A DNA stretch of 64,000 bases from NCBI GenBank assembly GCA_963796455.1, contig CAWCLO010000007.1, positions 229,859 through 293,858 of the forward strand, given 5' to 3'. The notes below the pieces were generated by a model. The model did no database searches. It saw only the letters and a list, made by a program, of their open reading frames with translations, and was not told where the DNA came from. Positions 1 through 10,804 of the stretch are shown here, in pieces. A program made the translations under genes and the position numbers. Source of the stretch: Candidatus Sulfomarinibacteraceae bacterium (GTDB lineage Bacteria > Acidobacteriota > Thermoanaerobaculia > Thermoanaerobaculales > Sulfomarinibacteraceae). Numbering within the stretch: position 1 is the stretch's first letter; each line of letters opens with the position of its first letter.

Positions 1-767
1 ATCGGGCACCAGGCCGGAAAACGCAGGGTTCCGCGGAACATGACGTCGCGCGGGTCGATGCCGTAGGTCTCGGTGTAGGGCATGGAGTCGCGATTGGGGT
101 AGCCCTGAAGATCGGTCGGCACACCGTCGATCGCCACCTGCACCGGCCAGACATGGTCGAAAAGCTCCGGTCCTGCGACGTCGACGACCTTTCCATCCCG
201 GCGGTAGCGCGCGGTGTTGAGCCCGGCCAACAGCACGCCCCGCGGGCTCCACGAGAACTTGTAGCCATAAGGGTTGTCGTTGGCCTCAGGGGCCGGCAAC
301 CCGCCGCAATAGGACTGGAATGTCGTGATTTTACCGCCCTCGGCGTGGACCCTGTCGATCACCTGCATCGCCGTCATGTGGTCGATGCCGGGGTCGACAC
401 CGAGCTCGTTGATGAGAATGACGCCCTTTTCCTTGGCCTCCGCGTCGAGTGCCTGCATCTCTTCCTTGACATAGGAAGTGGTGACCATGTGGCGACCCTG
501 GTTGATGCATGCGCGCGCGACCTGCGGGTGGAACTGCCAGGGCAGCAGGCTGACCGCAACATCGTGCTCGGCAATGATCTCTTCGAGACGATCGGGCTCG
601 ACGGTGATGTCGTAGGCCATCGGTGTTCCCTTGGGGTGACCGTCGAGGATTTCCTCGGCCTTGCTCACCGTCCGGCTGGCGACGGTGACTTCAAATCCCT
701 GATCCAACAAATAGCGAACGTGGGCCCTCACGACCAGGCCCGCGCCAAAAACAACGACTTTCTTCAT
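1..767 (-). CDS. Saccharopine dehydrogenase family protein (Lys9-like), runs off the window start; absent from the ORF track
   Basis: Manual translation from ATG 767 (RBS AAGGAG): MKKVVVFGAGLV Rossmann start, VSLLP, MVTTSY, ELGVDPGIDHM, SYCGGLPAPEANDNPYGYKFSWSPRG, YPNRDS, RGTLRF. Confidence 0.9.
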   Translation of the reverse strand, partial: MKKVVVFGAGLVVRAHVRYLLDQGFEVTVASRTVSKAEEILDGHPKGTPMAYDITVEPDRLEEIIAEHDVAVSLLPWQFHPQVARACINQGRHMVTTSYVKEEMQALDAEAKEKGVILINELGVDPGIDHMTAMQVIDRVHAEGGKITTFQSYCGGLPAPEANDNPYGYKFSWSPRGVLLAGLNTARYRRDGKVVDVAGPELFDHVWPVQVAIDGVPTDLQGYPNRDSMPYTETYGIDPRDVMFRGTLRFPAWCP

Positions 768-810
768 GATTGCTCCTTCGCAGCCGCGCAGCAGCGCGGA
801 ATTTCAGTTC

Positions 811-1791
811 TCAGGCTCCAAGAGTCGCCACCATCACCGCTTTGATGGTGTGGAGGCGATTTTCGGCCTGGTCAAAAACGCGGGATTGTTTGCCTTCGAA
901 GACTGCATCCTCGACCTCTTGAATCAACGGGTATTTCTTTGACACCTCGGTGAGCAAATTGTGGAACGCGGGCAGACAATGCAGGAATATGGTGCCCGGC
1001 TTCCCGCTCAGAGCCATCATGGCTTCGGTGATCTTGTAGGGACCGAGCACACGAATGCGTTCCGCAATCATGTCTTCCTCGCCCATCGACGCCCAGACGT
1101 CGGCATAGATGGCGTCGGCGCCGTTGACTCCCTCCTCGATGGAGTCCGTCACGATCAACGAGCCGCCGGTCGAGCTGGCAATCTCGTTGACCGCCGCCAC
1201 CAGATCAGCATCCGGCTGCAACGATTCAGGCGAAACGACTCGACAGTTCATTCCGAGCTTGGCGCAGCCGACCATCGTCGAGTTGGCCACGTTGTTCCGC
1301 CCATCACCGACATAGGCCAGGGTCCGTCCCTCGAGGTCGCCAAACTCCTCGTCGATCGTCAGGACATCGGCGAGAAACTGGGTCGGGTGCCAATCATCGG
1401 TGAGGCCGTTCCACACCGGCACACCTGCGTACTCGGCAAGTGTCTCCACCGTTTGGTGTTGGAACCCACGAAATTCGATACCATCGAACATCCGGCCGAG
1501 CACCCGGGCGGTGTCGGCAACCGTTTCTTTCTTGCCAAACTGAATGTCACCCTTGCCGAGGTACTCGGGGTGGGCGCCCTCATCGATGCACGCGACGGTG
1601 AACGCGCAGCGGGTCCGGGTGGAAGGCTTTTCGAAGAGCAGCGCGATATTCAGACCGTCAAGGGCCCGCTCGCGAATGCCGGCCTTTTTCTTGGCCTTGA
1701 GTTCGGCCGAAAGACGCAATAATTCGCGGATCTCGTTGGGAGAAAAGTCGAGCAGTTTGAGGAATGAACGACCCTGTAAGTCGACTGCCAT
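811..1791 (-). CDS. argF: Ornithine carbamoyltransferase
   Basis: KPSTRTR, HPTQ, GDGRNN, SMG and HCLPAFH motifs; likely start ATG 1791. Confidence 0.92.
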   Translation of the reverse strand: MAVDLQGRSFLKLLDFSPNEIRELLRLSAELKAKKKAGIRERALDGLNIALLFEKPSTRTRCAFTVACIDEGAHPEYLGKGDIQFGKKETVADTARVLGRMFDGIEFRGFQHQTVETLAEYAGVPVWNGLTDDWHPTQFLADVLTIDEEFGDLEGRTLAYVGDGRNNVANSTMVGCAKLGMNCRVVSPESLQPDADLVAAVNEIASSTGGSLIVTDSIEEGVNGADAIYADVWASMGEEDMIAERIRVLGPYKITEAMMALSGKPGTIFLHCLPAFHNLLTEVSKKYPLIQEVEDAVFEGKQSRVFDQAENRLHTIKAVMVATLGA

Positions 1792-1976
1792 CGAGGCCTC
1801 CAATTCGGAAGTCACGCCGGTGGCAAAGATGTCACCACCGGCGCGGCTGCATGGTACTCCGAGTAACCATATTTGCCAAGGGCTGGCTCAGCCAGGAACG
1901 GAAGGAGGCCGAGGCCAAGGATCTCTACCGGCCCGAGTCTGGTTTTTCCGGCATTTCGCTCGACCGTCCGACAAAT

Positions 1977-3497
1977 TTATAAAAATGGAGGACGGGCGCA
2001 AAAGCTTTGTTCGGATTGTCCGGCAGGGATCGTCTCGAAGTAGAGCGCCCGGTCCGGGAATCGACCGGCGAGGCGCAGCCAATTGTGGGGCATCGCGTTC
2101 ACCACGACCACATCCCTATGCTTCCCCTCAACCCACTGGAAATACCAAATGAGGCTCGAATTCTCCCAGGTCGAAAAAACCACAGCATCGCTTTCGATGT
2201 TTGTCAGAAGTCTTTCAGTCTCGAGGACGTAGATCTCGGTCCCATGCTTGTCGAGCGAAACGAAATGTGTCACGAGCTGGCCCAGCGCTACAGCAGAAAG
2301 CAACACCACGACGAGTACGCGGCCTCTGAAAGACCGCGTGATTCGCGCCAGAACGAATGCCATGCCGAGCGCCAACACGAGGTAGAGGTGGATCAGGAAA
2401 ACCGGTTCGAAAAACTTGGTATAGGTCGCGAAATACAGAATATTCATCAGCGCCGTCGCTGCGACAAACACAAAAAACGGTCTCTGCTCCGATTTCGACT
2501 TCCAACCCGCGCCGCAGCTGATCACGCCTGCGGCACCAATCACCAACAGAGCGGGGTTTTCGGTCCAGGCGGTTCGAAGGACGTGGGCTATGCCCGACAG
2601 CCATTTCAGTGACAACAGGCTGTCGCCGATCCCGGAAACCGCACCGTATTGCTGAGCCAAAACAATCCACAGCACCCGGGAGAGCGGGTCGGAAAAACGT
2701 GGATCGGAGATTTCGACCGCGTATTGGTTGATGTAATTGATCGCGTTCGGGCGATCAAAAAAGAACAACAACCCGATCACGCCCGCACCCGCAGCATAGC
2801 TCGAAATGATCGACACAACTGACAGAAGGGGCCGGCGGGGGGCCGAGGATCGGATCGTCATGACGGTCCAGACCACAAGTCCCGGGACCATGAGAATTGA
2901 AGTCATGTGGTTACCGAGGGCAACTCCTGCCAGCGCCCAGACAAGACAGAGCCGGAACATGGACGGCCGCTCCGGGAAACCAACCAGCAGCCACATGATC
3001 GCAACCAGCATCAGTCCATGCAGCGTGTAGACCTCGGCAAATGTCGAATAGTTCCAGATCGAAGGCGTCAGCCCCACCAGGACGAGGACCGCCGCCGAGA
3101 TCAGCGCGGACACTCGCAGTTTCCTCGAGATCACCGCCAGCAATGCCAGGGACGCCAGACAGCAGGCGGCGCTGAAAAGATTGAGGGTGGTGGCCGCGGG
3201 AACAAAGAAAAACAACCACGACATCAGCTTGCCAATGACGATGTACAGAGGATATCCGGTGGGATGAGCGAGGCCGAGGCTCACGGAGGCACTGACGAAC
3301 TCGGCAGAATCGCCGGGGATCACCATCGGTGCTCGCGTCAGCCAGTAGACGATGGCGAGAACACCCAGGGCGACCGCCGGCGGCTTGAGGCTGTGCCAGC
3401 CACTATCTCCCTGGATGACCTCCATATCGCGATTCTTTGCCGCTGAGGTCATGGCGGCGTCAGCCCCGCCGCCGCTGGTCTGTTCGTCAGCTTCCAT
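1977..3497 (-). CDS. DUF2723/TMEM260-like membrane glycosyltransferase
   Basis: GDSAEF, AHPTGYPLY, AEVYTL, GNH motifs and many TM segments; the last codons may be frameshifted in a T-run. Confidence 0.8.
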   Translation of the reverse strand: MEADEQTSGGGADAAMTSAAKNRDMEVIQGDSGWHSLKPPAVALGVLAIVYWLTRAPMVIPGDSAEFVSASVSLGLAHPTGYPLYIVIGKLMSWLFFFVPAATTLNLFSAACCLASLALLAVISRKLRVSALISAAVLVLVGLTPSIWNYSTFAEVYTLHGLMLVAIMWLLVGFPERPSMFRLCLVWALAGVALGNHMTSILMVPGLVVWTVMTIRSSAPRRPLLSVVSIISSYAAGAGVIGLLFFFDRPNAINYINQYAVEISDPRFSDPLSRVLWIVLAQQYGAVSGIGDSLLSLKWLSGIAHVLRTAWTENPALLVIGAAGVISCGAGWKSKSEQRPFFVFVAATALMNILYFATYTKFFEPVFLIHLYLVLALGMAFVLARITRSFRGRVLVVVLLSAVALGQLVTHFVSLDKHGTEIYVLETERLLTNIESDAVVFSTWENSSLIWYFQWVEGKHRDVVVVNAMPHNWLRLAGRFPDRALYFETIPAGQSEQSFCARPPFL

Positions 3498-3613
3498 CCG
3501 CTTTCAGTCTACTGCACGTGGGAATCGACTCCCCTCTCGCAGCGCAACTCGGGACGCAAGAGAAATCTGTTACGGATCGGTCCGATTCGGCGACCCGATG
3601 ACGCGGGGGAGTC

Positions 3614-3883
3614 TCAGGCTTTCGTCGTGAACCAGATGGTCGGCCGACCCTGGACGCCGGCTGCCATCATGACTTCCGTAAGCCGGGGGTTGTTCATAAA
3701 GGCCTTGGCCGCACCCATGCTTTCAAAATGATGATAGAGGGTCACATTGTTCGGGCTGTCCTCGGTCTGATAGACCCCGTGCCCGGTCACTCCCATCGTT
3801 GATCTCTCGTCATCAAAATCGTCGTAGGCCCGTTTCCACGTCGCAAAATCCGCCACATCGTGCCGTACAAACAGCGTTGCCAT
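3614..3883 (-). CDS. Small dimeric alpha-beta barrel (cyclase/ABM-like) protein
   Basis: LFVRHDVADFATWKRAYD...MMAAGVQGRP; RBS GGAGG. Confidence 0.7.
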   Translation of the reverse strand: MATLFVRHDVADFATWKRAYDDFDDERSTMGVTGHGVYQTEDSPNNVTLYHHFESMGAAKAFMNNPRLTEVMMAAGVQGRPTIWFTTKA

Positions 3884-4028
3884 CAGCTGACCTCCCTTTG
3901 GTCGTACTCGTCAATCTGCCGGTTCTTATCGATTCACAATAGGCTTGGAGATTTCCAGAGTCAAGAAAGGGTCTCAGACTCTGTATAATACGAATACTCG
4001 ACAGCCCAGACAATAAGGAGGATCGGAC

Positions 4029-4679
4029 ATGCGCCTCCAATCATTCGTGACTCTGTTGATCGTGGCCATGACAGCAGTTTTGCCGGCCCATGCTCAGGAG
4101 ATCGGTCAATGCCTGACGGCCGACGAAGTCGAACTGGGCGCTCTGATCAACCAGTACCGCGAGGACAACGCTCTCCTCCCGGTGCCGGTTTCGATATCGC
4201 TCACCACCGTCGCACAGTGGCACGTGTGGGATCTTGTGAACAACAACCCGGTCGGCGGTGACTGCAACCTGCACAGTTGGTCCGATTATGGAACGCTGTG
4301 GAATGCCCTTTGCTACACCTCCGATCATGCCCAGGCCTCCGGTATGTGGAGCAAGCCATCGGAGATCACGGGCGGTCTGTACTCGGCCAACGGATACGAG
4401 ATCGCGGCGTCTTCGGGCGGTATCATCACACCATTGGGCGCTCTTAACGCCTGGAAGAACAGCCCCGGGCACAATGACGTCATCCTCAACCAGGGGATTT
4501 GGGCATCGCGAAACCCGTGGCCGGCCATGGGAATCGGCATGCTCGACGGATACGCAGTTGTCTGGTTCGGTGATTCGGCAGATCCCGCCGGCACCATTGC
4601 CGAGTGCGCCGCCGCATTTTTCAGCGACGGATTTGAAAACGGCGACACCGAGAGTTGGTCGGCCACAGTTTCCGATTGA
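4029..4679 (+). CDS. Secreted CAP (SCP)-domain protein with C-terminal FSDGFENGD tail
   Basis: Signal peptide, INQYR, WKNSPGHN; RBS AAGGAGG. Confidence 0.8.
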   Translation: MRLQSFVTLLIVAMTAVLPAHAQEIGQCLTADEVELGALINQYREDNALLPVPVSISLTTVAQWHVWDLVNNNPVGGDCNLHSWSDYGTLWNALCYTSDHAQASGMWSKPSEITGGLYSANGYEIAASSGGIITPLGALNAWKNSPGHNDVILNQGIWASRNPWPAMGIGMLDGYAVVWFGDSADPAGTIAECAAAFFSDGFENGDTESWSATVSD

Positions 4680-4838
4680 CCGACAGTCAGATTTCGTGCC
4701 ACGCGCGGCAGAAGTTTGACCGTACCTCCTACTCGGAGAGTCGTGCCGTGACCAGCCCGCAGGAGGTGGTCTCGCGGCCTCGGACGCGGACGCGGGCGCG
4801 GGAATCGAGTAGAATCGCGGGTCGATGTATGGAGGCCC

Positions 4839-7013
4839 GTGATGTCCCTTGAATCAATCAAGAATCGCGCCGCCGAGGCGCTCGCTGCGGCGCTCGAGGC
4901 CGAGTTCGGCCATCGCCCGGATGGGGTGGCGCTCGAGGTGCCGCCGCGGCGTGAGCTTGGCGATCTCGCCTGGCCCGGGGCGCTCCCTCTGGCCCGAGTG
5001 CTCAAAACCAATCCCCGCCAGATTGCTGAAAAGGTGGCGGAAAAGGCCGAGTGGCCAGAGGATATCGAAAGGGTCGAGATCGCGGGACCGGGTTTCCTCA
5101 ATCTCTATCTGGTGCGCAACCGTTTGCTCATGGATCTTCTGAAACACGATCACGATGAACAACAATCGTCATCGATCAAGACAATCGTCGAACACACAGC
5201 CATCAACCCCAACAAGGCGGCCCACATCGGCCATCTCCGCAACTGCGTTCTGGGGGACATCCTGGGGCGGAGTCTCCGCAGCCTCGGTTCCGAGGTCGAG
5301 ATCCAGAACTACATCGACGACACCGGTGTACAGGTTGCGGACGTCGTGGTTGGCGTGCTGTACCTGCCGGAAACCGAGCTTGCGGGTTGCCTGGGGATCG
5401 AGCCGTGCCGCCGCGACGAGCTCATCGAAAATGTTGTCGAACGGCTGCCGGGTCATGTGATTCCTCCCCCATCCACCACCGATTTCGACGATCTCTGTTG
5501 GGAGATCTACCCCCGTGTCACCGCCAGATACCCGGAGGACGAGGCATTGGCGGAGCGACGCGCCGAGGTCCTCCACCACATTGAAGCTGGGTCCGAAGGT
5601 CTCGAACTCGATCAGGCCCTCCAGTTGCTGCACGGATCGGTGGTCGCCGGAGACGAATTCAACGGACGTGCTGTCGCACGTCTCGCCGAGGCAGTGGCCG
5701 ACGGCAATGTGCGCTGTCACCAGGCCACTACCGCCCGGCTCGGCATCGCCTATGACCTGCTGACCCACGAATCGGACATTCTCCACCTGGGGTTCTGGCA
5801 GCGGGCCTTCGAGATCCTGCGCGACGCCGAGGCCATCCGACTCGAAGACGCCGGCAAGAACTCCGGTTGCTGGGTGATGTCCCTCGCCTCAAGCCCCGAG
5901 TTCGCCGACATGGACGACCCCGACAAAATTCTGGTGCGCTCGAACGGCACCGTGACCTACACCGGCAAGGACATCGCCTACCAGCTGTGGAAGCTCGGGC
6001 TCCTGGTCGAGGCCGACGGCACGAAACACGATTTTGGCTACCGGACATTCGCCGATTGGGGCCAACCGGGTCCGGCCGCGCCGGTTGAGTACGGAGCCGG
6101 CACCAATGATCTTGTCCGAACCACCTCCGATTCTTCCGAGATCGTCCCGGGCCATGCCTTTGGCAGCGGCAACAGGGTCTACAACGTCATCGATGTTCGC
6201 CAGTCCTATCCGCAGAAGGTGGTCAAGGAGGCGGTGCGGGTCCTCGGCCATCCCGACGCCGCGGACAACTCAATCCACTTTTCCTACGAGATGGTGGCAT
6301 TGACTCCGGCCGCCGTCCGGGTCATCGAGGAACGCACCGGGTCCTCCTTCGGTCTCAGCGACGACGAGATGAAAAAATCCTATATCGAGATGTCCGGCCG
6401 CCGCGGAATCGGCGTCAAGGCCGACGAGTTCCTCGATGTCCTGACCGACGCCGCCGAAGACGCCATCGTGCAACGGATGGACGGCACTGGAGCTCCGGCT
6501 GACGTCGCAGACCGGTCGCGGACCATCGCCGTCGGCGCGTTGCGCTATCTCATGGCCCGCCAGTCACGCAACCGGGTCCTCGCCTTCGACTTTGACGAGG
6601 CGCTCGCCTTCGAGGGCGATACCGGGCCCTATCTCCAATACTCGGCGGTGCGGGCGAAGAAAGTCTTTCAAAAGTTGCAGGATCGCCGTGGTGAGGGGCG
6701 GCTTCTACCCGAGGAGGTCGAGGGGCTTTCGGGGGCCGGGATCGCCGACGATCTCTGGGGTCTCGTGCTGCAGTGCGCCCAGCGGCGTGAGGTGGTGGCC
6801 CAGGCGGTTTCGAATCTCGAGTTCTCGATACTCGCGCAGCACGTCCACGATCTCGCGCAACTCTTCCACCGCCTCTACCACGCCCATCCGGTGGTGCCCG
6901 AGGACGACGAAGATGTTCGCCGCATGCGCCGCGCGGTATTCACCCTCTTCAACGACGAGATGGGAATCTTGCTGGAAGATCTTCTGGGAATACCGATTCC
7001 CGAAGAAATGTAG
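4839..7013 (+). CDS. argS: Arginine--tRNA ligase
   Basis: AGPGFLN, NPNKAAHIGHLRN (HIGH), MSGRRG, GDTGPYLQY, C-terminal IPEEM. Confidence 0.95.
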   Translation: MMSLESIKNRAAEALAAALEAEFGHRPDGVALEVPPRRELGDLAWPGALPLARVLKTNPRQIAEKVAEKAEWPEDIERVEIAGPGFLNLYLVRNRLLMDLLKHDHDEQQSSSIKTIVEHTAINPNKAAHIGHLRNCVLGDILGRSLRSLGSEVEIQNYIDDTGVQVADVVVGVLYLPETELAGCLGIEPCRRDELIENVVERLPGHVIPPPSTTDFDDLCWEIYPRVTARYPEDEALAERRAEVLHHIEAGSEGLELDQALQLLHGSVVAGDEFNGRAVARLAEAVADGNVRCHQATTARLGIAYDLLTHESDILHLGFWQRAFEILRDAEAIRLEDAGKNSGCWVMSLASSPEFADMDDPDKILVRSNGTVTYTGKDIAYQLWKLGLLVEADGTKHDFGYRTFADWGQPGPAAPVEYGAGTNDLVRTTSDSSEIVPGHAFGSGNRVYNVIDVRQSYPQKVVKEAVRVLGHPDAADNSIHFSYEMVALTPAAVRVIEERTGSSFGLSDDEMKKSYIEMSGRRGIGVKADEFLDVLTDAAEDAIVQRMDGTGAPADVADRSRTIAVGALRYLMARQSRNRVLAFDFDEALAFEGDTGPYLQYSAVRAKKVFQKLQDRRGEGRLLPEEVEGLSGAGIADDLWGLVLQCAQRREVVAQAVSNLEFSILAQHVHDLAQLFHRLYHAHPVVPEDDEDVRRMRRAVFTLFNDEMGILLEDLLGIPIPEEM

Positions 7014-7087
7014 ACGAGGAATGAGGAATTGAGAGTTCGAAGTTCGGAGTTCGGAGTGCGACGAGCCTGCATTTTTTTGGGGAATTT

Positions 7088-7576
7088 ATGACTGACGAAA
7101 AACGAACGGCCAGATATCAGCGCATCGCCGACCAGCTTGGTGAGCTGATCGCCAAGACGGATGACCGGACGGCTCATTGCGCCACCGCCGCCGCCCTGCT
7201 CCACCACAAGATCCCCGGGGTCTCGTGGACCGGCTTTTATTTCATCAAGGACGGCGAGTTGGTGGTCGATGCCTACCAGGGCCCGGTGGCATGTCTGGTT
7301 TTGAATCGTCACGAGGGTGTGTGTTGGGCCGCCATCGACAGCAACGTCACCCAACTTGTCGCCGATGTACACGCCGTCGAGAGCCACATCGCGTGCGACG
7401 CCAATACCCGCTCCGAGGTCGTTGTGCCGATCCACGACAAGGACGGATCGCCGATCGGGGTCCTCGACATCGACTCGCACAATACAGCCCATTTTTCGGA
7501 GACTGATGCCGCCGGTTACGAGGTGATCGTGAATCTCCTCGAAAACCGATGGAATACTCCGTCGCCGGGCGCGTAA
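7088..7576 (+). CDS. GAF-domain protein, free methionine-R-sulfoxide reductase (MsrC/YebR-like)
   Basis: SWTGFY, YQGPVAC, GVCW, HIACD, SEVVVP, GVLDIDS. Confidence 0.85.
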   Translation: MTDEKRTARYQRIADQLGELIAKTDDRTAHCATAAALLHHKIPGVSWTGFYFIKDGELVVDAYQGPVACLVLNRHEGVCWAAIDSNVTQLVADVHAVESHIACDANTRSEVVVPIHDKDGSPIGVLDIDSHNTAHFSETDAAGYEVIVNLLENRWNTPSPGA

Positions 7577-7596
7577 GGGAGGGCGTGAGCATTGCC

Positions 7597-8223
7597 ATGA
7601 CGAATCCGCAAGGCCTCCCACCAGCGGCGGCGATCCCAGCGCCCACCGAGGCGCAAACTGTGGTCCTCGCGCAAAAGGGCGAGACCGCGGCCCTGGATGA
7701 ACTTGCACGAAGCTGTCGCAAGCAAGCCTATGTCTTTGCATTGCAGCTGATCGGCAACCCCGATGAGGCCCTCGACGTCGCTCAGGACGCAATGGTCCGC
7801 TTCTTCCGCTCACTCGATCGTTTCGACGCCACGCGGCCGGTGCGCCCGTGGTTACTCAGGATCGTGCGGAATCTGGTCCGCGACCGCGCGCGCAGGATGC
7901 GGGTCCGACGGACCGAGTCATTGGAACCTGCCAGTGACGATGCGATTCGTTTCGACCCACGAGATTCCGGTCCGGATCCGGAGATCATGGCCGCACGCCA
8001 CCAGTTACAGGCAGCGGTGTGGCGATACGTGCAAGAACTACCGCCGCGATATCGCGAGGTTCTGGTTCTCCGCGACTACCAGGATCTCAGCTACGCTGAG
8101 ATCGCGACGACTTTGAGAATTCCACGAGGAACGGTGATGTCTCGGTTGCACAGGGCGCGGCGTCTTCTCCGCGAGGCGCTGCAGGGACACGAGTTATTCA
8201 CCGGGGAGGTCAGAGATGACTGA
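7597..8223 (+). CDS. ECF RNA polymerase sigma-70 factor
   Basis: DVAQD and WLLRIVRN (region 2); LSYAEIA...GTVMSRLHRAR (region 4). Confidence 0.92.
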   Translation: MTNPQGLPPAAAIPAPTEAQTVVLAQKGETAALDELARSCRKQAYVFALQLIGNPDEALDVAQDAMVRFFRSLDRFDATRPVRPWLLRIVRNLVRDRARRMRVRRTESLEPASDDAIRFDPRDSGPDPEIMAARHQLQAAVWRYVQELPPRYREVLVLRDYQDLSYAEIATTLRIPRGTVMSRLHRARRLLREALQGHELFTGEVRDD

Positions 8224-8659
8224 CCGATGCCCCAAAGAGTTCGACGAGACCCTGATTTCAGGGCACATCGACGGCGAGCTCACGCAGGCCACGGAGCAGA
8301 AGGTCCGCATCCACATCGATGATTGTGACCACTGCCGCGGGCTCTTCGATGAGCTCTCGACCATGAGGGAGGCCACGATGTCTACCGCTTTCAGGATTCC
8401 GGACGACAGCCAGTGGGATGAGCGCCCGAGGAGCGGAGCGAGCTTTGCTGCCCGAAACCTGGGCTGGGCTATCGGGATCCTCTGGGCGGTTTTCTTTTCG
8501 GGCTTTGCTCTGTGGCAGATTTGGCACGGGTCTGAGAACCTGGTCGAACGATTGCTCGTTTTCGGCGGGCTCAGTGCCTTTGTTTTGCTTTTTGTCTCGG
8601 TCCTTCTCGATAGGATCCAAGTGGCGAAGACAGATCCCTACCGGGAGGTTGAGAAATGA
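8216..8659 (+). CDS. Zinc-binding (zf-HC2) membrane anti-sigma factor
   Basis: HIDDCDHC, two TM helices, overlaps the sigma stop. Confidence 0.88.
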   Translation: MTDRCPKEFDETLISGHIDGELTQATEQKVRIHIDDCDHCRGLFDELSTMREATMSTAFRIPDDSQWDERPRSGASFAARNLGWAIGILWAVFFSGFALWQIWHGSENLVERLLVFGGLSAFVLLFVSVLLDRIQVAKTDPYREVEK

Positions 8660-8976
8660 TTGTCGTTTCCGACAACAGCATCGCCGGCAAAAAGGTGGTT
8701 CGGACCCTCGGGTTGGTGCGAGGCAACACGATTCGCGCCCGTCACCTCGGCAAAGACATACTGGCGGTCATGCGCAATATCGTCGGCGGTGAGGTCTCGG
8801 AGTACACCAAGATGATGGCCGAAGCCCGCGAACAGGCCCTTGATCGGATGGTGGAAGAGGCCGAGGAACTGGGAGCCAACGCGGTCATCGGCACCCGTTT
8901 CATGACCTCGATGCTCATGCAGGGAGCAGCCGAACTCCTGGCCTACGGCACCGCCGTCATCATCGAAGACGAGTGA
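8656..8976 (+). CDS. YbjQ/UPF0145 family protein
   Basis: LGLVRGN, IVGGE, AREQALDRM, GANAVIG, AYGTAV. Confidence 0.9.
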   Translation: MIVVSDNSIAGKKVVRTLGLVRGNTIRARHLGKDILAVMRNIVGGEVSEYTKMMAEAREQALDRMVEEAEELGANAVIGTRFMTSMLMQGAAELLAYGTAVIIEDE

Positions 8977-9016
8977 CTCTGCGAACTCTCCGGACTCAAC
9001 GACAAACGTCTTTCGT

Positions 9017-9553
9017 TTAGAAAGTCCAGACGACCCCGGCGTTCGCGCCAAAGCCCCCGAGATCCATATTGCCGATTATCCGGTCCCCACCCGAGGCGTA
9101 GACCACATCGGCCGTGCCATAGCGGTAGATCGCTTCAACAAAAAAACTGGTTCTTTTCTGGCCGAAACTGATACCAAAAAGTCCGTACGCCCCAAATTCT
9201 TTGGAGATGCTGGCATCGTTGAGATTTGCCCAGAAATAGGTGATGCCGGCGCCAACGTACGGTTTCACCTTGCCTGTAGTGTTGAACAGGTAGCGTGCGC
9301 CGAGGTCCGTCGGGATGACCTGGAGGTCATCCACGAAGCCGCCAATCGTATTGACATCGCCGGACGTGGGATACCACGTCCAGGTGAGATCACCGACCCA
9401 GTGCTCACCCCCGATGGTGAGGCGCATGCCGATACCCGGCTCGTTCGCATCGTCACTCAACTGGGCGTATGACCCGAAAAGACTGTAACCGCCACCGGCC
9501 CAAACCGGGGTCGCCAGAATGCAGATTCCGAGCACCAGAAGAACCTTGCGCAT
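9017..9553 (-). CDS. Outer-membrane beta-barrel protein (OmpW/OmpA-like)
   Basis: Signal peptide, KPYVGAG, terminal WTF. Confidence 0.8.
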   Translation of the reverse strand: MRKVLLVLGICILATPVWAGGGYSLFGSYAQLSDDANEPGIGMRLTIGGEHWVGDLTWTWYPTSGDVNTIGGFVDDLQVIPTDLGARYLFNTTGKVKPYVGAGITYFWANLNDASISKEFGAYGLFGISFGQKRTSFFVEAIYRYGTADVVYASGGDRIIGNMDLGGFGANAGVVWTF

Positions 9554-9691
9554 GTATACCTCCGCCTACGCAACAAAAAATTAGATCGCAACTTTCGCGC
9601 TCTCTCTTAAATATTGTATTACATAAGCTTTTCGGCGGCTGGTCGGAGTGGGGTTCCACGACCGGCAACGACCGTTTTGACGCTCGAGGCT

Positions 9692-10138
9692 CTAGTCCTC
9701 GACCTTCGTCCAGGTCACCGCCCGATAGAGGTTGCTGCTTTCAATGGTCCGGACTTTTTCAAGCTCGGCCCAGATCTCCTGCCATTCCTCGGCAGTATTG
9801 ATCTCGCCGGCCAACTCACCCATCCGGCCCAGAGCCTTTTCGTAGCCCGCGAGAGTTTCGACGGACCACCACACCACGACGTCTCCGTCTCCGGCCTTTC
9901 CGGTTGTTTTCATCATGACGCCGTAATCGAGGATCAGACCCTCCGCCTTGACCGCTTCGAGCAAGACGACATAGCCCTTTCCGAGGTAGTCGAGGAAGGT
10001 CGCGTCCCCGTAGGTAGCCAGTTCAAAGACATCGACATTGACCCAGGGTCCGTCGTCGGCTTCGAATTCGGCAGCAACGGCAAAGGGGGCGATCGCAAGC
10101 GTGCACAGCAGAATGGCGACTCGAAGAACTGGCTTCAT
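9692..10138 (-). CDS. Secreted hypothetical protein
   Basis: ATG 10138 with RBS GAGGAGG; signal peptide ending AVAA. Confidence 0.7.
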   Translation of the reverse strand: MKPVLRVAILLCTLAIAPFAVAAEFEADDGPWVNVDVFELATYGDATFLDYLGKGYVVLLEAVKAEGLILDYGVMMKTTGKAGDGDVVVWWSVETLAGYEKALGRMGELAGEINTAEEWQEIWAELEKVRTIESSNLYRAVTWTKVED

Positions 10139-10263
10139 GGGGTTCCTCCTCGGTATTTTTCCTGGTGATTCCACTATGCAGAGCAGTGTTGAGGAAGTCA
10201 AGGATGCGTTCGTCTTCGGAGATGCAGATACAGAATGCAGGATGCCGGATTCTGGATGTGGGT

Positions 10264-10789
10264 TCACTCTTGTCCAAGACAGTGTCTCGGACAGCGTTCA
10301 GGAACGGCCCTGAAGGTGGGCCAAGGCCCACCTTCAGAGTTGTGTCCCGCTGGCTGGATCACCCAGCCCAGGCGGGAAGTATCGGACAGCGATCAGGGGC
10401 AGCGGCAGCGAACAGTCGCCAGCGGCAGTGTTCAGTCATCAGCGTCAGCGATCAGCGGCCGGGACAGTGAACAGCACTCATTTCTTCGAGGATCCGGCCT
10501 TGGTGGTGCGGCCGTCTCGGCCGCACGGTGGGCAGGCAAGACGCCGACACCACAGCGGCTGTTCCTTCTGTTGAACGACCCGGAGGTGGCCACGCCGTCA
10601 CTGCACCTGATTGCTGCCGCTGAACTCTGATCACTGTTCGCTGAACCTGGACACTGTCGCTGCCGCTGCAATTCGGGAGCGGGATCGGGTACGTGCCAAT
10701 CGCGAACCGATAATGCCTAAAACCAACCCGAAGACCTTCTATTGTCCTGGATGCGATTTCACGTGAAGATTTGTTTTCGACAGCAGCAA
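10264..10789 (-). mobile_element. TIR element copy E1 (REP-doublet cargo, diverged, double right end)
   Basis: TCACTCTTGTCCAAGACAG at 10264; alternative end at 10359; REP doublet 10503-10554; core CCGAATTGCAGCGGCAGCGACAGTGTCCAG on the minus strand; decayed left end about 10771-10789. Confidence 0.8.
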
Positions 10790-10804
10790 AACTGGATGCT
10801 GGAT

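Noticed and set aside
153..845. Plus-strand 230-aa ORF and similar long antisense ORFs throughout the window
   Set aside because: Shadow ORFs of real genes on the opposite strand, common in GC-rich DNA
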